Source: Blastocladiella emersonii ATCC 22665 (lineage: Eukaryota > Fungi > Blastocladiomycota). From it: a stretch of DNA of 64,000 nt. Below the pieces are notes generated by a model. It did not search any database, was not told the origin of the DNA, and saw nothing but the letters and a program-made list of their open reading frames with translations. Both the position numbers and the translations under genes were made by a program. The stretch covers positions 2,232,001 to 2,296,000 of the forward strand of contig JANHCV010000004.1 of assembly GCA_025594325.1 (NCBI GenBank), written 5' to 3'. Of the stretch, positions 35,712 to 47,600 are shown piece by piece (the stretch's first letter is position 1; each line of letters opens with the position of its first letter).

Positions 35712-36521
35712 CTACATGGTGCGCATCCGCGAGCCGTCCTCGGCGCCAGCGCCGACCTCGCGCGTGCTCGTGCTCGTGCCGTCGGCCTCGTCCATCTCAA
35801 TGACCGTCTCGAGCGGGACCGAGAGCGTCGAGTCGGCGGGGACCGCGTGCAGGCCGCGGGGCACGGTCCACGAGCGGCGAGGCGACGCCGTCGCGGCCGT
35901 TGCTGCCGCGGATTCTGGCGCGGGATCGCTCGTCGTCCGCGTGAGCGCCGGCGCGGCAGCGGCAGCGTAGGCGGGGGCCTCCGAGTCGGACAGGTGCGAC
36001 CAGGTGCGCTCGTGGATCCGCGCGGTAGCGGCCGGGGAGGGCGAGCCGTGCGGCGTGGCTTCGGGTGGTGGGGACGGCGTCGTCGTCGTGAGCTCGGCGG
36101 CGGCCGCGGCAGCCGCCATGTCGACGCTGTCGAGCGTCTTGTACAGCGGCGGGATCGGGAGGGTGCCCGACGACGACACGGTCGGGTCGATGGCGGCTGC
36201 AGAAGTGCTGAGGCGGTCGCCGGTGGGGTGGCGCGACGCGAGCGACCCGCGGCGCAGGATCGACTGCATGACGAGCGAGTAGCGCGGGAGCGTCGCGATG
36301 CTTGGTTCCGTCGGCTGCCGGCGTGCTGCGGCGCCCGTGCGGTCGGTCGTCGCGGTGCCGACAAGCGGGGCGCGGCCGGCGGACCCCGCGGACTCGGCGG
36401 CGCGGATGGGCCGCGTCGTCCACCAGTAGCACCCGACGACGAGGATGATGGCGATGCCCGCAATCGTCGGCAGCACGATGGTCAGGAGCGCGAGCTTGCG
36501 CTCGGGCGGGACGTCGGACAT
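35712..36521 (-). CDS. Single-pass membrane protein with LPxY/PPxY motifs (array member A)
   Basis: TM LALLTIVLPTIAGIAIILVVGCYWW followed by a disordered tail containing TLPRY, PPLY and APAY. Confidence 0.7.
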   Translation of the reverse strand: MSDVPPERKLALLTIVLPTIAGIAIILVVGCYWWTTRPIRAAESAGSAGRAPLVGTATTDRTGAAARRQPTEPSIATLPRYSLVMQSILRRGSLASRHPTGDRLSTSAAAIDPTVSSSGTLPIPPLYKTLDSVDMAAAAAAAELTTTTPSPPPEATPHGSPSPAATARIHERTWSHLSDSEAPAYAAAAAPALTRTTSDPAPESAAATAATASPRRSWTVPRGLHAVPADSTLSVPLETVIEMDEADGTSTSTREVGAGAEDGSRMRTM

Positions 36522-37292
36522 GCTGCTGCGTGGTGATGAGGGGGAGGTGGGTTCGATGGGTTCAAGGCCGCGAAAGCAGGGAGTTATACATCGAAGTCGC
36601 GACTCGGCGATGAAGTTTACGCCGACGCTCGCTGCGTACAGCGGGGCAAGAGGGAGAGGGTTCCTTGGCCGCGGCCGCCCACGCTCGCGCGACTTGCCGT
36701 AACGGGCCAGCGAGGGCCCACCGCAGTCGGGACCTTGGTCGCTGGCCGCATCGCTTCGCTCTCTCGCTGGTCTACGATCGCACCACGATCGAACCGAATA
36801 GGAGTGTTGCGAGCAGTGGCATCGCGTGCTTGGGACCACGGCCAGCGAAACTCGGAGGATGAGGGTGAGGAGGAGCGGCGCCTAGCGCGTCGGTCATGGC
36901 CGCCACGGCCATCGTCTGTGTTGCGTGCTTTGCGGTCAGGGTCAGGCCTCCCCGCTCCTTGAGAGCGCTTGCGGCAGCGGCCCCGGTCTCGTCCTCTCTC
37001 CCCTCGACCACGCAGCGGTGATCGAACGGCGGGATCAGCAAGCATCAGCAATCGAGCGAGCGCGGATCGCATCCGAGAGTAGCGGCATCGCTTCAACCGC
37101 GTCTGGCTCTAGAGGTGTGGCAGTACGTTTGGACACCGTGTAGGGACGCGAAACAATCACACACACACATGTATCGTGCTACTCTGAGCGGGACAGACGT
37201 GGGGAGCGAGCACGCGGACTGCGAGCCTGCGCCACCCAACACCCGATGCTGGACCACTCGTCGCTCGCTCGCGTGCAGCCGGTCGTCAGCCG

Positions 37293-38129
37293 TCATCCAC
37301 CCGCCGGAACCGTCGCCGCCGAGTTGGCTCGCGGTGAGCTGCTGCCCGCCCGCGCACCTTGCGCTGGCGCATCTGGGACGAGCTTGGCCGTACAGTTGGG
37401 CGAGTCGGGCCTTGGCTGCTGTGCGAGGGGGCGCGCGGCGAGCGCGGGCGAGCCAGTCCCGACATTCCCGGGCGCCGGCCGTGGCGATGGCCGCGGCGGC
37501 CGCGCGTCGTCGTCGCCGAACCCGCTCTCGTCGTCGCTGTGTGCGGGCGGCGGAGCGACCGCGGGCGCGGCTCGCCGGCGGTCGAGTGCGCTGGCGAGGC
37601 TGGGCGCGAGCGACGAGTAGACGGGCAGCGATCCGTGGCCCGTGATATCGGCGCCGAGCCCTCCCGTCCCGCCGCCGCTGCCGCCGTGGCCCTGGTGCCG
37701 CCGCCCGTGCACCTCGGCGCGCGACGCCGGGCTCAGGTCGTCAATCATGCGCCGGTCGGGGAGCCGCGCGTTGTCGAGGATGATACCGAGCTCGCTGTCG
37801 TACTCGAGCCCGCCACCGCCGCCGGCGCCCGCGTCGCCGGGCCCGAGCCCGCGCGGCAGCGAGGCGTCGTCCTTGGCCCGCTTCTGCCGCCGCCGCCGGC
37901 AGCACCCGACGTACGCGCAGATGGCCACCAGCGCGGTCGCCACCACCAGCGACGTGATGAGCGCCGACTTGTCCCACCCGGTGCTCCGCTCGGGCGGCGC
38001 CGGCGGTGGTGGTGGTGGTGGCACGGGCGCCGGGGCCGAGTCGGCCTGCGACTGCGCGAGCGCTGTGAAGGTCGCGAGGAGCAGCGTTGATGTTGCGGTG
38101 GGTGATGGTGGTGGCATTCTCGTTTGCAT
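37293..38129 (-). CDS. Single-pass membrane protein with an LPxY motif (array member B)
   Basis: Signal-like N-terminus, poly-Pro, TM ALITSLVVATALVAICAYVGCC, then RLPDRRMIDDL and SLPVY. Confidence 0.72.
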   Translation of the reverse strand: MQTRMPPPSPTATSTLLLATFTALAQSQADSAPAPVPPPPPPPAPPERSTGWDKSALITSLVVATALVAICAYVGCCRRRRQKRAKDDASLPRGLGPGDAGAGGGGGLEYDSELGIILDNARLPDRRMIDDLSPASRAEVHGRRHQGHGGSGGGTGGLGADITGHGSLPVYSSLAPSLASALDRRRAAPAVAPPPAHSDDESGFGDDDARPPRPSPRPAPGNVGTGSPALAARPLAQQPRPDSPNCTAKLVPDAPAQGARAGSSSPRANSAATVPAGG

Positions 38130-38363
38130 TCGTGTGCGGCTCTCTATGCTTCAGGTAGTCGGAGACGTCTTCGTTGCGAGGGTCGGCGGACGGAGATACA
38201 GAGGGGGAGGGGAGGGACGATGAATTTGCCGTAAGCAGCGAGCGAGTGTGGCGCACGCGCGCCGACCCGAATCGGCTCGGCTCCTCCCTCCAGCGCGGGG
38301 GACAAGGGCAAACGGCTTCTTTCTTTATCAAATCGAGCGGGAATGGTACAGAGCAGGGGGGAA

Positions 38364-39131
38364 TCAAAGTCGCCGTGGCGGGTCTAGTGGCAGGCTCGCG
38401 GCCGACGCGTTGGCGCCGTCGCCGAGCTCGAGCGTGGCGGCCGCGATCATCGGCGTGTCGGCCTCCTCAATGATCGAGAGCGCGGGCGCGCCTCCTGGCG
38501 GTGGCGGCGCGAGCATCCCACCCAGCAGCGACCGCGCACTCGATGACCGGCCGAGCGTCGATGCGGGCGACGGTGGGAGCGGCGGGAGGTCGGACAGCGA
38601 CAGGGTGGCGCCGCGGTCGAGCGACGGCCGTGCTGACGGGGTGCGGGGCAGCGTCGTCGTCGGGTTGCCGTACCGGTCGACGGTCGTGTAGTTGGGCGGC
38701 AGCGTCCCGCCGCCACCGGCACTTGACCGGCGCGACTCGCTCGCGAACACGATGTCGGGTGGCGGCGCGCGCTGGCCGGCCGCTCCCTCCTCATCGTCCC
38801 GCACGAGCGAATCGTCCGCGAGCTGCGCGTACGGCGGGAGCGTGCCGGCCGTGGCGTCGCGCGGCAGGGCGTCGAGCATGCGGCGGTCCGCCGGCCGCAG
38901 CCGCTGCATACGCGCCTTGTCGCTGTACCGCATTCGGAAGTGGCAGAACCCGACGATGCACAGGATCGCCACGGCCACGATCACGTTGGCGAGAACTAGC
39001 GCAAACGCGCTCGAGTTCTCGCCGGGCGGCGGCGCGCCTGCGAGCGGTGTGGGCGATGCGGTCGGCGACGGGCGCGTCTGTCGCCGCACGAGCGTCGCGT
39101 GTTCATTGACTCGAGATGGAGGTGGATACAT
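38364..39131 (-). CDS. Single-pass membrane protein with LPPY/PPxY-like motifs (array member C)
   Basis: TM AFALVLANVIVAVAILCIVGFC, then RLRPADRRMLDAL, TLPPY and TLPPNY. Confidence 0.72.
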   Translation of the reverse strand: MYPPPSRVNEHATLVRRQTRPSPTASPTPLAGAPPPGENSSAFALVLANVIVAVAILCIVGFCHFRMRYSDKARMQRLRPADRRMLDALPRDATAGTLPPYAQLADDSLVRDDEEGAAGQRAPPPDIVFASESRRSSAGGGGTLPPNYTTVDRYGNPTTTLPRTPSARPSLDRGATLSLSDLPPLPPSPASTLGRSSSARSLLGGMLAPPPPGGAPALSIIEEADTPMIAAATLELGDGANASAASLPLDPPRRL

Positions 39132-39862
39132 GAGTGCGGTGTATTGCTGAGCTTACGGGAGGTTGGAGAGAGCGGGAGTCCGGTGCGAACTGCTTGGATC
39201 GGCACGGCACCACTCGCTCGCGGTCCCTGCCAACTTGCACGTGTGGGCGCCGCCATCATCCTCATCCTTCACCTCGCGCGCTCGGCCGTGCGCCAGCGAC
39301 AACAGTCTCCAACGACGAGGGATCACACCCCCCAGCGAGAGCGTGGCCGCTTCACGACCTCGGCGCCGTGCTCCAGCCAACGGAACTCGCTCCAGCTCGG
39401 AACGACCGCCGCGGGAAGACTCGCCGTCATCGCCCGAGCCGCGACCCGTATCGTCGCGCTTCGCACGCGGGAGAGCGGCATTCGTGGCGTCGCTAAGCAG
39501 CTATCAGAGACAAGGGGAGACATCCCGTGACGTGGAGACAAATTGATTGGCCACACTGCGCCACGTTTGGAAACTCATTCCGCCCCCCGCACCCGCCCCG
39601 GTCGATCCTTCACTTCTCGACTCGCCACCGCTCACAGCTCCTTCTCTCTCTTCAGCAACCCTCCCTCGCTCACAACCTTCGCTTCACGCAACGCATCAAG
39701 TTCTTCATCAACGTCCCCCCCTGTGCGTGTCGGCTGCTACAAAGCTGCCGGCCGCCCCCCGCGCTCGTGGGGAAGCGCCGTGCAGCGACTGTCGTCACGA
39801 GGCACAGACTCACCCTCCTTTGGCTGTCTCTTAGTAGCGCAACAAGTCAAGGTCTATTCGCC

Positions 39863-41678
39863 ATGACGACGCTCCTCTATGTCAGCGCTTTCACGGCGTC
39901 GATCGGCATGTACCACTTCGGCTGTTCGTATTTGCTCTTTCTTTTTATGTTCGTGAGCACCGAGCCCGCAAAAACGGTCCTCCTAGCACCAGATCAGGGA
40001 CGCCACCGTGGAGGACGAGTCCCTGACGGTGTTGCGAGTCCCACCGCGTGGCGGTGGCGCGGCAGCCGGTCCTGTAGCCTTCCTTGGCTGCAAGTCGGCG
40101 GAAAGTCGCGGCCGCCGCACAGTTCGGGCGAGGATCACGGTTCGCATCAGTCCGACGCCCCACTCACGTACTCGGCGATCCGCACGTCTAGACCACCTCG
40201 GTGAGCTCAACAACATTGCTCGCATCCTGCCCTGCATCGATGCCAAGCTCGACGGCGACTACCCGTCGTTCCTGAACCTCCCTCCGTGCATCCCGATGGG
40301 CACCACCGCCTACTCGTTCGGCACGGCCATGATCGCGCTCGCCGGCTCGTTCGGCGCCCTGTGGAGTGGTTCGGTTGTCAACAAGTACGGCCGCAAGCGG
40401 CTGATGCAGATCCTCAACGTGCCCATGATGATCGGCGCGCTGCTGCTCACGTTCATGTCCAACTACGCCATGCTGCTTCTCGGCCGCTTCTTTGCCGGTT
40501 TCGCCACGGGCGGCATGTCGGTCGCCGTCCCCATCTACCTGTCCGAGATCTCGCCCGTCAACCTCCGCGGCCCCATCGGCATCTCGTCGGTGCTCGGCCT
40601 CGGCTCGGGTCTCGCGATCGCGGGTCTCCTCGGCTACTTCTTCTCGGCCCCGCCGTACTGGCGCATCATTGTCGGCGCGACCATCATCTCGACGCTGCTG
40701 CACGTCGTGCTCCTGCCCTTCATCCCCGAGTCGCCCGTCCACCTCAAGTCTGTCGGCAAGACGGCCGAGGCCGAGGCCGTCATGGAGAAGCTCGGCCACG
40801 CCGTGACCAAGTCGGCGTCGGGCTCGCACTCGGACCTGGCGTCCGCCGAGGCCAACAAGGAGGCCGAGCCCGAGGGCCCCATGGACCCGACGCCGACGCT
40901 GTGGGAGTTCCTGACCAAGCCCGAGCACCGCCGGTCCCTGCTCGTCCTCATCCTCAGTCACGCCACGCAGCAGCTGTCGGGCATCAACGTCTACTTCTCG
41001 TACTCGTTCGTCGTGCTCATCCTCGTCTTCACCCAAGAGCAGGCCAACCTGTTCTACGTCTTCTTCTCGTTCTACTAGTACGTGCCGCTCTCTCGGGCCT
41101 CGGTCGATTCCTTGCTCACACCTCGCGTTCTCTCCGCGTGTAGCATCCTCGTCGCCCTGGTCCCGAGTTTCCTGCTCGAGCGCTACGGCCGCCGCCCGCT
41201 GACGCTGCTCAGTATCTTCTCCATGGCCGGTTTCGCCGCGCTGTTCGCGCTGTCGGTCGAGGTGTTCGACCTGCCGTACCTGGCCCTGTTCGCGTTCATT
41301 GCCGCGGCCACCGTGTTCGCCTTCGGCCTGTCGTCGATCCCCTTCATCATGACGGCCGAGGTCGTGCACCCGTCGGTCGTCGGCGTCGCGTCGCAGGTCT
41401 CGCTCGCGACCAACACCTTCTCCAACTTCATCATCCGTGCGTACACCCTCGCTCCCGCGTTGCCCGACCTTCGTGGACCCGAAGCGCAGATACTCACTCG
41501 TCCCGCGTCCGCTCCTCTAGTGTTCATCTTCCCCATGATCCTCGACGTGCTCAAGGGCTGGACCTTCCTCATCTTCACCGTGTACCTCGGGCTCATGGGC
41601 CTGATCGGCCTGCGTATCCTGCCCGAGACCAAGGGCAAGACGCCGTTCCAGGTCGTGGCCGAGCTGCGCGCCAAGTAA
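39863..41678 (+). CDS. MFS sugar porter (GLUT-like)
   Basis: FG-Y-HLGELNN, NKYGRK, LLLGRFFAG, VPIYLSEISP..LRG, PFIPESP, QQLSGIN, ERYGRRPL, PETKGK. Three introns. Confidence 0.92.
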
Positions 41679-41900
41679 TCGGCGACGCGACGCGACGCCT
41701 CGCGTCCGCTCGGGCGGACAGCCTCTCTCCGTGCCGGGGCCGCAGCTGGTCGGCCGTGGTTCGCCTCGCCCTCTCGTGTACTTCTTTTTGATTGATTGTA
41801 GACCACCCATTCATTCTCTCTCTCCCCCACAACTACTGGTACTCGTAGCAAGTAATATAGCACTCCCCCCTTCCTATTGTACAACACACACATCCACGAG

Positions 41901-43080
41901 CTACGCGTCGCCTTCGCCAAACAGATCCACGCCAAACAACGACCGCGGGTCAAAGTACCGCTTGCGCGTCTGCAGGGCGCCGAGCGTGACCATCTCCATG
42001 TCCGAGAGCCCGAGCGAGCCCGCGTCGAGGTTCTCGGCGAGGCGCGCGGGAGACGTCGACTTTGGGATCACGGCGGTGCCGCGCTGCAGCGCCCACGCGA
42101 GCAGGACGCGCGCGGGCGAGCACGCGTGCCGCTCCGCGATGCCCTTGACCATGGGGTCGTCGAGGAGTTTCGGGGCCGTGTCCTTGGCTAGACGGTTCGC
42201 GGCGCGGTGAGTGTCGCGGGAATCGAGATGCCGCGGCCAGAGCCGCGACAGCCGACTCGGTCAGCGGCGAGGAGGGCTAAAGCGACGTGGCGTACTGAAA
42301 ACGGATGACGGCGAGCCGAGCGGGCTGTACGCGACGGGGACGATAGCGTGCGCGTGGCAGTACTCGACGAGGTCCCTCTGCGGGAGATACGGGTGCATCT
42401 CGTTCTGGACGACCGTGGGCGGGATCCGCGCGACCTGCTGGATGCGCTTGAGGTGGTCGAGGGTGACGTTGGACAGGCCGAGATGACGTACGAGCCCTTG
42501 GTCGACGAGTGCCTGCGTCAGGGGTGGAGGTGAGTCTGCGGGCCGAGATACGAATGAGCTCGCCCGAGGTGATGCTGCGCACCTCCATGGCGGCCCACGT
42601 CGCCTCGAGCATCGTAGCCGTGTCAAAGCGCCACTTGCCGTGCTCGTCGACGGGGTTGGTCACGTCGGCGCCGTGGAACTCGACGGGCAGCGGCCAGTGG
42701 ACGAGGAGCAGGTCGAGGTAGTCGATCTGCAGGCGGCGCAGCGAGTCGCTTACGGCGTCGGCGACGCGCGACGGGTGCATCCACGTCACCCACAGCTTGG
42801 TCGTGACGAACACGTCCTCGCGGCGGCGCGGCGGGTCGGCAGCGGGCGCCGCGAGCCAGCGCGCGAGGCCGGCACCGACAGCGACCTCGGCGTTGTCGTA
42901 GACCCAGGCCGTGTCAATGTGGCGGTACCCGAGCTCGAGGGCGCGCGTCACGGCGTCGGCGAGCACGTCGGGCGACGCGGCGCCCCACGTCCCGAGCCCG
43001 ACGGGCGGGAGCGGGCAGGCGGGTGGTGAGGGTGCCGATGCAGGCACGTTGCATCGAGTTTCGTGGTGTGGCGTTCGCAT
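41901..43080 (-). CDS. Aldo-keto reductase (AKR1/Gcy1-like)
   Basis: GLGTW, GYRHIDTAWVY, VFVTTKLW, DYLDLLLVHWP, LGLSN, QNEMHPY, AYSPLGS, VIPKS..PARLAEN. Confidence 0.93.
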
Positions 43081-44190
43081 GGTAGGGTTGGGTGCGGGAG
43101 CAGGAGGGGTCAGGCCGACGCGGCGCTCATCACCGCGTGGGCGGCGGCAGCGGCGAGCCAGGCGACGAGCCCGTGCAGACACGGCAGTCTCCCGCCGCGC
43201 TGCCTTGTTCGTCGCGCTCGCCCACGACGCCGGGGCGGAGACAAAGCAATGCGGAAACAAGTGCAATCGCGGGCGTCGGTCGATCCGTCATCTTGGTCGG
43301 CACGCGTCCCAGCGCGCGTTCCGAAAAGCGACCATCGCGGCCGTGAGCCTGGCCGTGCGCTGCGCGCGCGTATCGACGATGTCTGTGCCGCTGCGGCCGC
43401 CGCCCTCTCCTGCTCCGCGTGCGGACACGCCCGCCTGCCTGCGCGAACAGCGCGGAGACTGCGCCGCCGCCGACGCCGACGCGTGGTACACGGCGTGAAC
43501 GCCTCCTCGGCCTCGCTGTCTCGCTACCGTACCCCCGTCTCGCTGCTCTTCGCCGCCGTCTCGCTGGCCTTCGCTGTCGTCCGCCTGCCGCCCGCCTCGG
43601 TTGTGTCGCACTGTCATCGTCTCCCGCCCGCCGCATCCCGCCTCCCACGCGCTCGCGCGCCGTCTCAGGCACTGCGGTCCGCCCCACCGCCGTGTCGGCC
43701 TCCGATCACCCCGCCGCCGTGCATGGACCGGCCGCCCCGCGCGCGCGTGCCCCCCGACGCCGCCGCCGGCCCGCCGCGCGCTCCGACCCGCGACGCACGC
43801 GGCTGCACCAGCTCTCCTCTCCGCTCCTCGCACTCGGCACGCAACCTACCATCGCGCTGACGAGCGCGCCGTCGCCGCCCGGCCCGGGTGCCTGCGCCAG
43901 CCGCTGCCGCTGCACCTGCACCCGTACCAGTGCACGCCGCCCTCCCACACTACTAGCACTGCGACTCATCCGCCCGCACCACGGATTGCGCCCAGTGCGC
44001 CCCCTTCTCGCGCCGGTACGTCTCGGTTCCGCTCGCCCTGCCCTCGTGCCCGCCCCGGGGCCATCGCCGCCGATCACCTCGCATCGCCCGCTGTCCGCCG
44101 CCCGCCGCGTCCAGGCCCCGGCGCCTCTGCTCACCCACCCGCCCGCCGGCGCGCGAGGGGGCTGCTTGAGCGCGTGTTCGCACGCTGCCG

Positions 44191-44214
44191 CCGTGACGCC
44201 GTGACGCCGTGACG
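44191..44214. repeat. 8-bp tandem repeat (CCGTGACG)x3 in the AKR/GATA divergent intergenic region
   Basis: Read directly from the sequence. Confidence 0.85.
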
Positions 44215-44675
44215 CCGCCGTCGGCCCTGCCCATTCCCCATGCGCTGGTTGGCTGGCGGGCCCGCTGGCTGGCTGACGTCGCTCGTCGCGCTGCTTTTCT
44301 CGCCCGCCCGGCCCCGCTCCCTGCTCTCGCTCCCCCACGTCGCGCTGCCGCCGCCGCCGCCGCCGTATCCTCGCGCTCTTCACTGGGCGCGCCCGTCCGC
44401 CGCCGCTGCCGTTGCCGTGTCCCTCCAACCCCCTCGTTGCATCCCTCACACCGAGTTCCTCGTCGGTACTGCCATGATCACCCTTTCTCTCGCCCCTCCG
44501 TCGCCGTCCTCGACCTCCGCGCGGGCCGGGCACGAAGCGCCTGCCAAAGGACTCGATGACGCGCGCGTGCGCATGTCCGCGGCATCGCAGACTGACCCAC
44601 GCTGCCGCCCGATCCCACTTCCCTTGCCCTCCCCACTTCTCTCGTTTGTGTAGCCCGAACGCGCTATCCGTCACC

Positions 44676-47600
44676 ATGAGCTCCGAGCCGGCCGGTCCCG
44701 TCCGCCGCCGCTTCGGCACCGGTGTGGGCTCGCGCCGCGTCCTCGAAGCCACGAGCGCGCCCGCCGCCGCCATCTTCTTCCTGGACGATGCCGGTGCCCT
44801 CGTCCCGACTCTGGCCCTGCCGCCCACCGAGCTGCGCCCCGCCGCGTGGCTGCGCGTCTGCCCTGATCCCCCGCCCGCCCAACTGCCGCCCCACTCGATG
44901 GCGCGCGGAGGGGCCGCGGAGAGCGATCCCCCGCGGGGTGAGCCAGACTCGATCGTGGCCCTGGCCGCTCCAGCTGCCGCTGCCGCTGCCACTGCTCCGC
45001 TTCCGCCGCCTTCGCTCGCCTTCACCGCGCGCAACTCGTCAGCATCGCTGCCGCCCGCCGCCAATCGCGCGGCCGGCGACCTGCGCCCGGTCGCGATCCG
45101 GTACGGACTCCCACACTCTTGCTCTCCCGACGTTCCCCGGTCTCGCGTCCGCTGCTTATTTTGCTCCCGCCGGCTCGTGGCGGTGGCGTCGTTCACCTCC
45201 ACATGATGCGGCGCGTTTCACGCCGCACCGGATTTCCGCCCCGCCGAGCGATCCCGCTCACCGTCCATCGCTTTCCGTCCTCGTCATCGTGTTTAGCGTC
45301 GCCCTCCCCGGCGCCACGTCGCCGCTCTCCGCGACCAAGATCCTGCTCCGCCCCGGCCTGTGGCTCGGCGCCGTCGCGCTCCAAGGTACGCGCGCCCGAT
45401 CACTCGCTCGCTCACGCTCCCAAAACCAACGCGATCACGCCCCGCATCACCGACTCACTCCGTTTTTCGCGCGCCCGTTCCTCGTAGACGTCATCTCCTC
45501 GGTCAGCGCCAGTGTACGCTACGCGCCTCGCTCCCTCGCTCCCCCGATCCTCCCCGCGCGACCCCGTGTCGTGGCGCACGCTGTGCTCAGTCACTCACCC
45601 CCGTGTGTGCGCATACCTACCCCTGTAGTCGTGGACCTGCGCCTCGGTCGCCGCGCAGCTCGAGACGCTCACCGCCGCTGCCTCGGAGTGGGGCGGCGCC
45701 CTCGTCCCGCCGACGAATGCAGCTGCCGTGACGCTCATCGTGTCGCGCACGCACGCGCCCGACCCGCGCGCCGGCACTGGTCCTGCGGCGCTCGCGGCCG
45801 CGCTCGCCGACAGCCCGCACCGCCTGCGCATCGACCACTCGTCGCGCGGCTGGTCCATCCACGAGGCCAACAAGCAGACGGTCGGCCTGTTCCACCGCCT
45901 GCTCGACCTGCGCCGCGACGCCGCCGACAGCTGCGACAACCTCTTCTCGCCGCCGCTCGCCCCGTCGTCGGCCGCGTCGAGCTTCGTCACGTCGTCCTCG
46001 GCCGCATCGAGTCTGCTCGGGTCCTCGGCTACGTCGAGTCTCGCGGACCTCACCGCGTCGTTTTCGGTCACGGCCGTGTCTGCTGCGGCTTCGCCGCCGA
46101 CCAACGTCAACGGGTACGGCAACGGCGGCGGCGGCGCTCTCGCCCCGCCCGTAGAAGACGCCGGCAACGACAGCAGCGGCAGCAGCACCGTCTCGGACGA
46201 CATGGACGTCGACAGCCCGCCAGAGCCCGCCCTCGCAACGCTCCCCGGCGACCCCGCCGCTGCCGTGATCCCGCGGTCGCTGTTCCGGCCCATCCACGTC
46301 ACGTTCAGCGACCGCACCTCGTCCGGCTGGATGGTCTACCTGATCGACGGCCTGCTGCTCGTCCTGCAGCCGCAGAGCACGCCCGCGACGGAATGTGGCG
46401 GCGACGGCGATCTCACCACGACGGCGACCGGCGGCGCCATCGGCGGTAGCGCACGTTCGGCGGTCGGAACCGGTACGCATCCCTCTCTGCTCGCTCGCTG
46501 TGTCTACTCAAGACTCGGTTGACATGGAGCCGCACGCCCGTCGTTGATCCAGCTGCCGCCCCGCCGCTCTCGACTCACACGTTCAACCTCGACGTTGTCG
46601 TTCCCGTCTAGCCCTGTCCGCGTTCCCGCTCACGTCCGCCGTGGTCCCCGAGCAGCACTCGACGGCGCCGCCGCGCCCGCGCCCGCGCGCCAACAGTAGA
46701 GGCCGCTCGCTGACGCGCCGCGGGTCCGCCAACTACACGCTGTCGCGCAACCCGGACGCGTTCGTCTTTACGGTGCCCGTCCCCGCGCGCTCGCCCCGCA
46801 GCGCGTCCAACCCGAACCACCACGTCCCCGACGAGATCGCCTTCACCGTGTTCGGCGACGGCGAGACGGTGCTCGAGGGCGACGAGTCCGGTGCTACCGC
46901 GCCGACCGCGCCCAGCGGCCCGGCCTCCGCCGGCTCGTCGTCGGGCACGGGCTCGCGCGCGAGCCTCGCGAACGGCGGCGGTCACCACCCGAACGCGCCG
47001 TACCGCCCGGCCCCGCTGCGCAAGGTGATGCGGCGGTCGGCGTCCGCGTCCGAGCTGTTCGCCGTGATCCGCCGCCACCGCGTCCAGCGCGCGTTCGTCG
47101 AGGACGACGCCATGCACCGCGCCAACACGTACTCGACCAGCCGCGCCGCGTCGCAGTACCGGATCGACGCGTCGCGCCCCGGTCCCGGTCCGCCGCCTGC
47201 GGCGAGCCGCAGTGGCCGCGGGTCGCAGTCCGACTGAGACATCCGCACCATGTCGGCCGCCGCCATGGCGCGGTACGGCCCGCCCAGCGTCTACTCGGGC
47301 CGCGCGCTTGGCGATCCGGGGACCGTGGGGCACAGCGGCGACACGGCGGGCAGCGGTGGCGGCGGCGGCGGCGGGTTCGCGACGCCGCCCAACGTCGCGA
47401 TGCCGCCGAGCCTCGCACAGGTCCCGTCGTGGTCGCGGCCCGAGCTGCATGGGAGCGGCGCGGGCATGTCGGTGAACCGGCACCCAGCGTCGGCGTCCGC
47501 GTCCGCGGGCAGCTCGCGCGGGTCGTTCCTCGCGGGATCAGGTTCCGCGGCCACGTTCCCCGCGACGCATACCGCGCCGCTCCCGCCGCCGCCGACGGAG

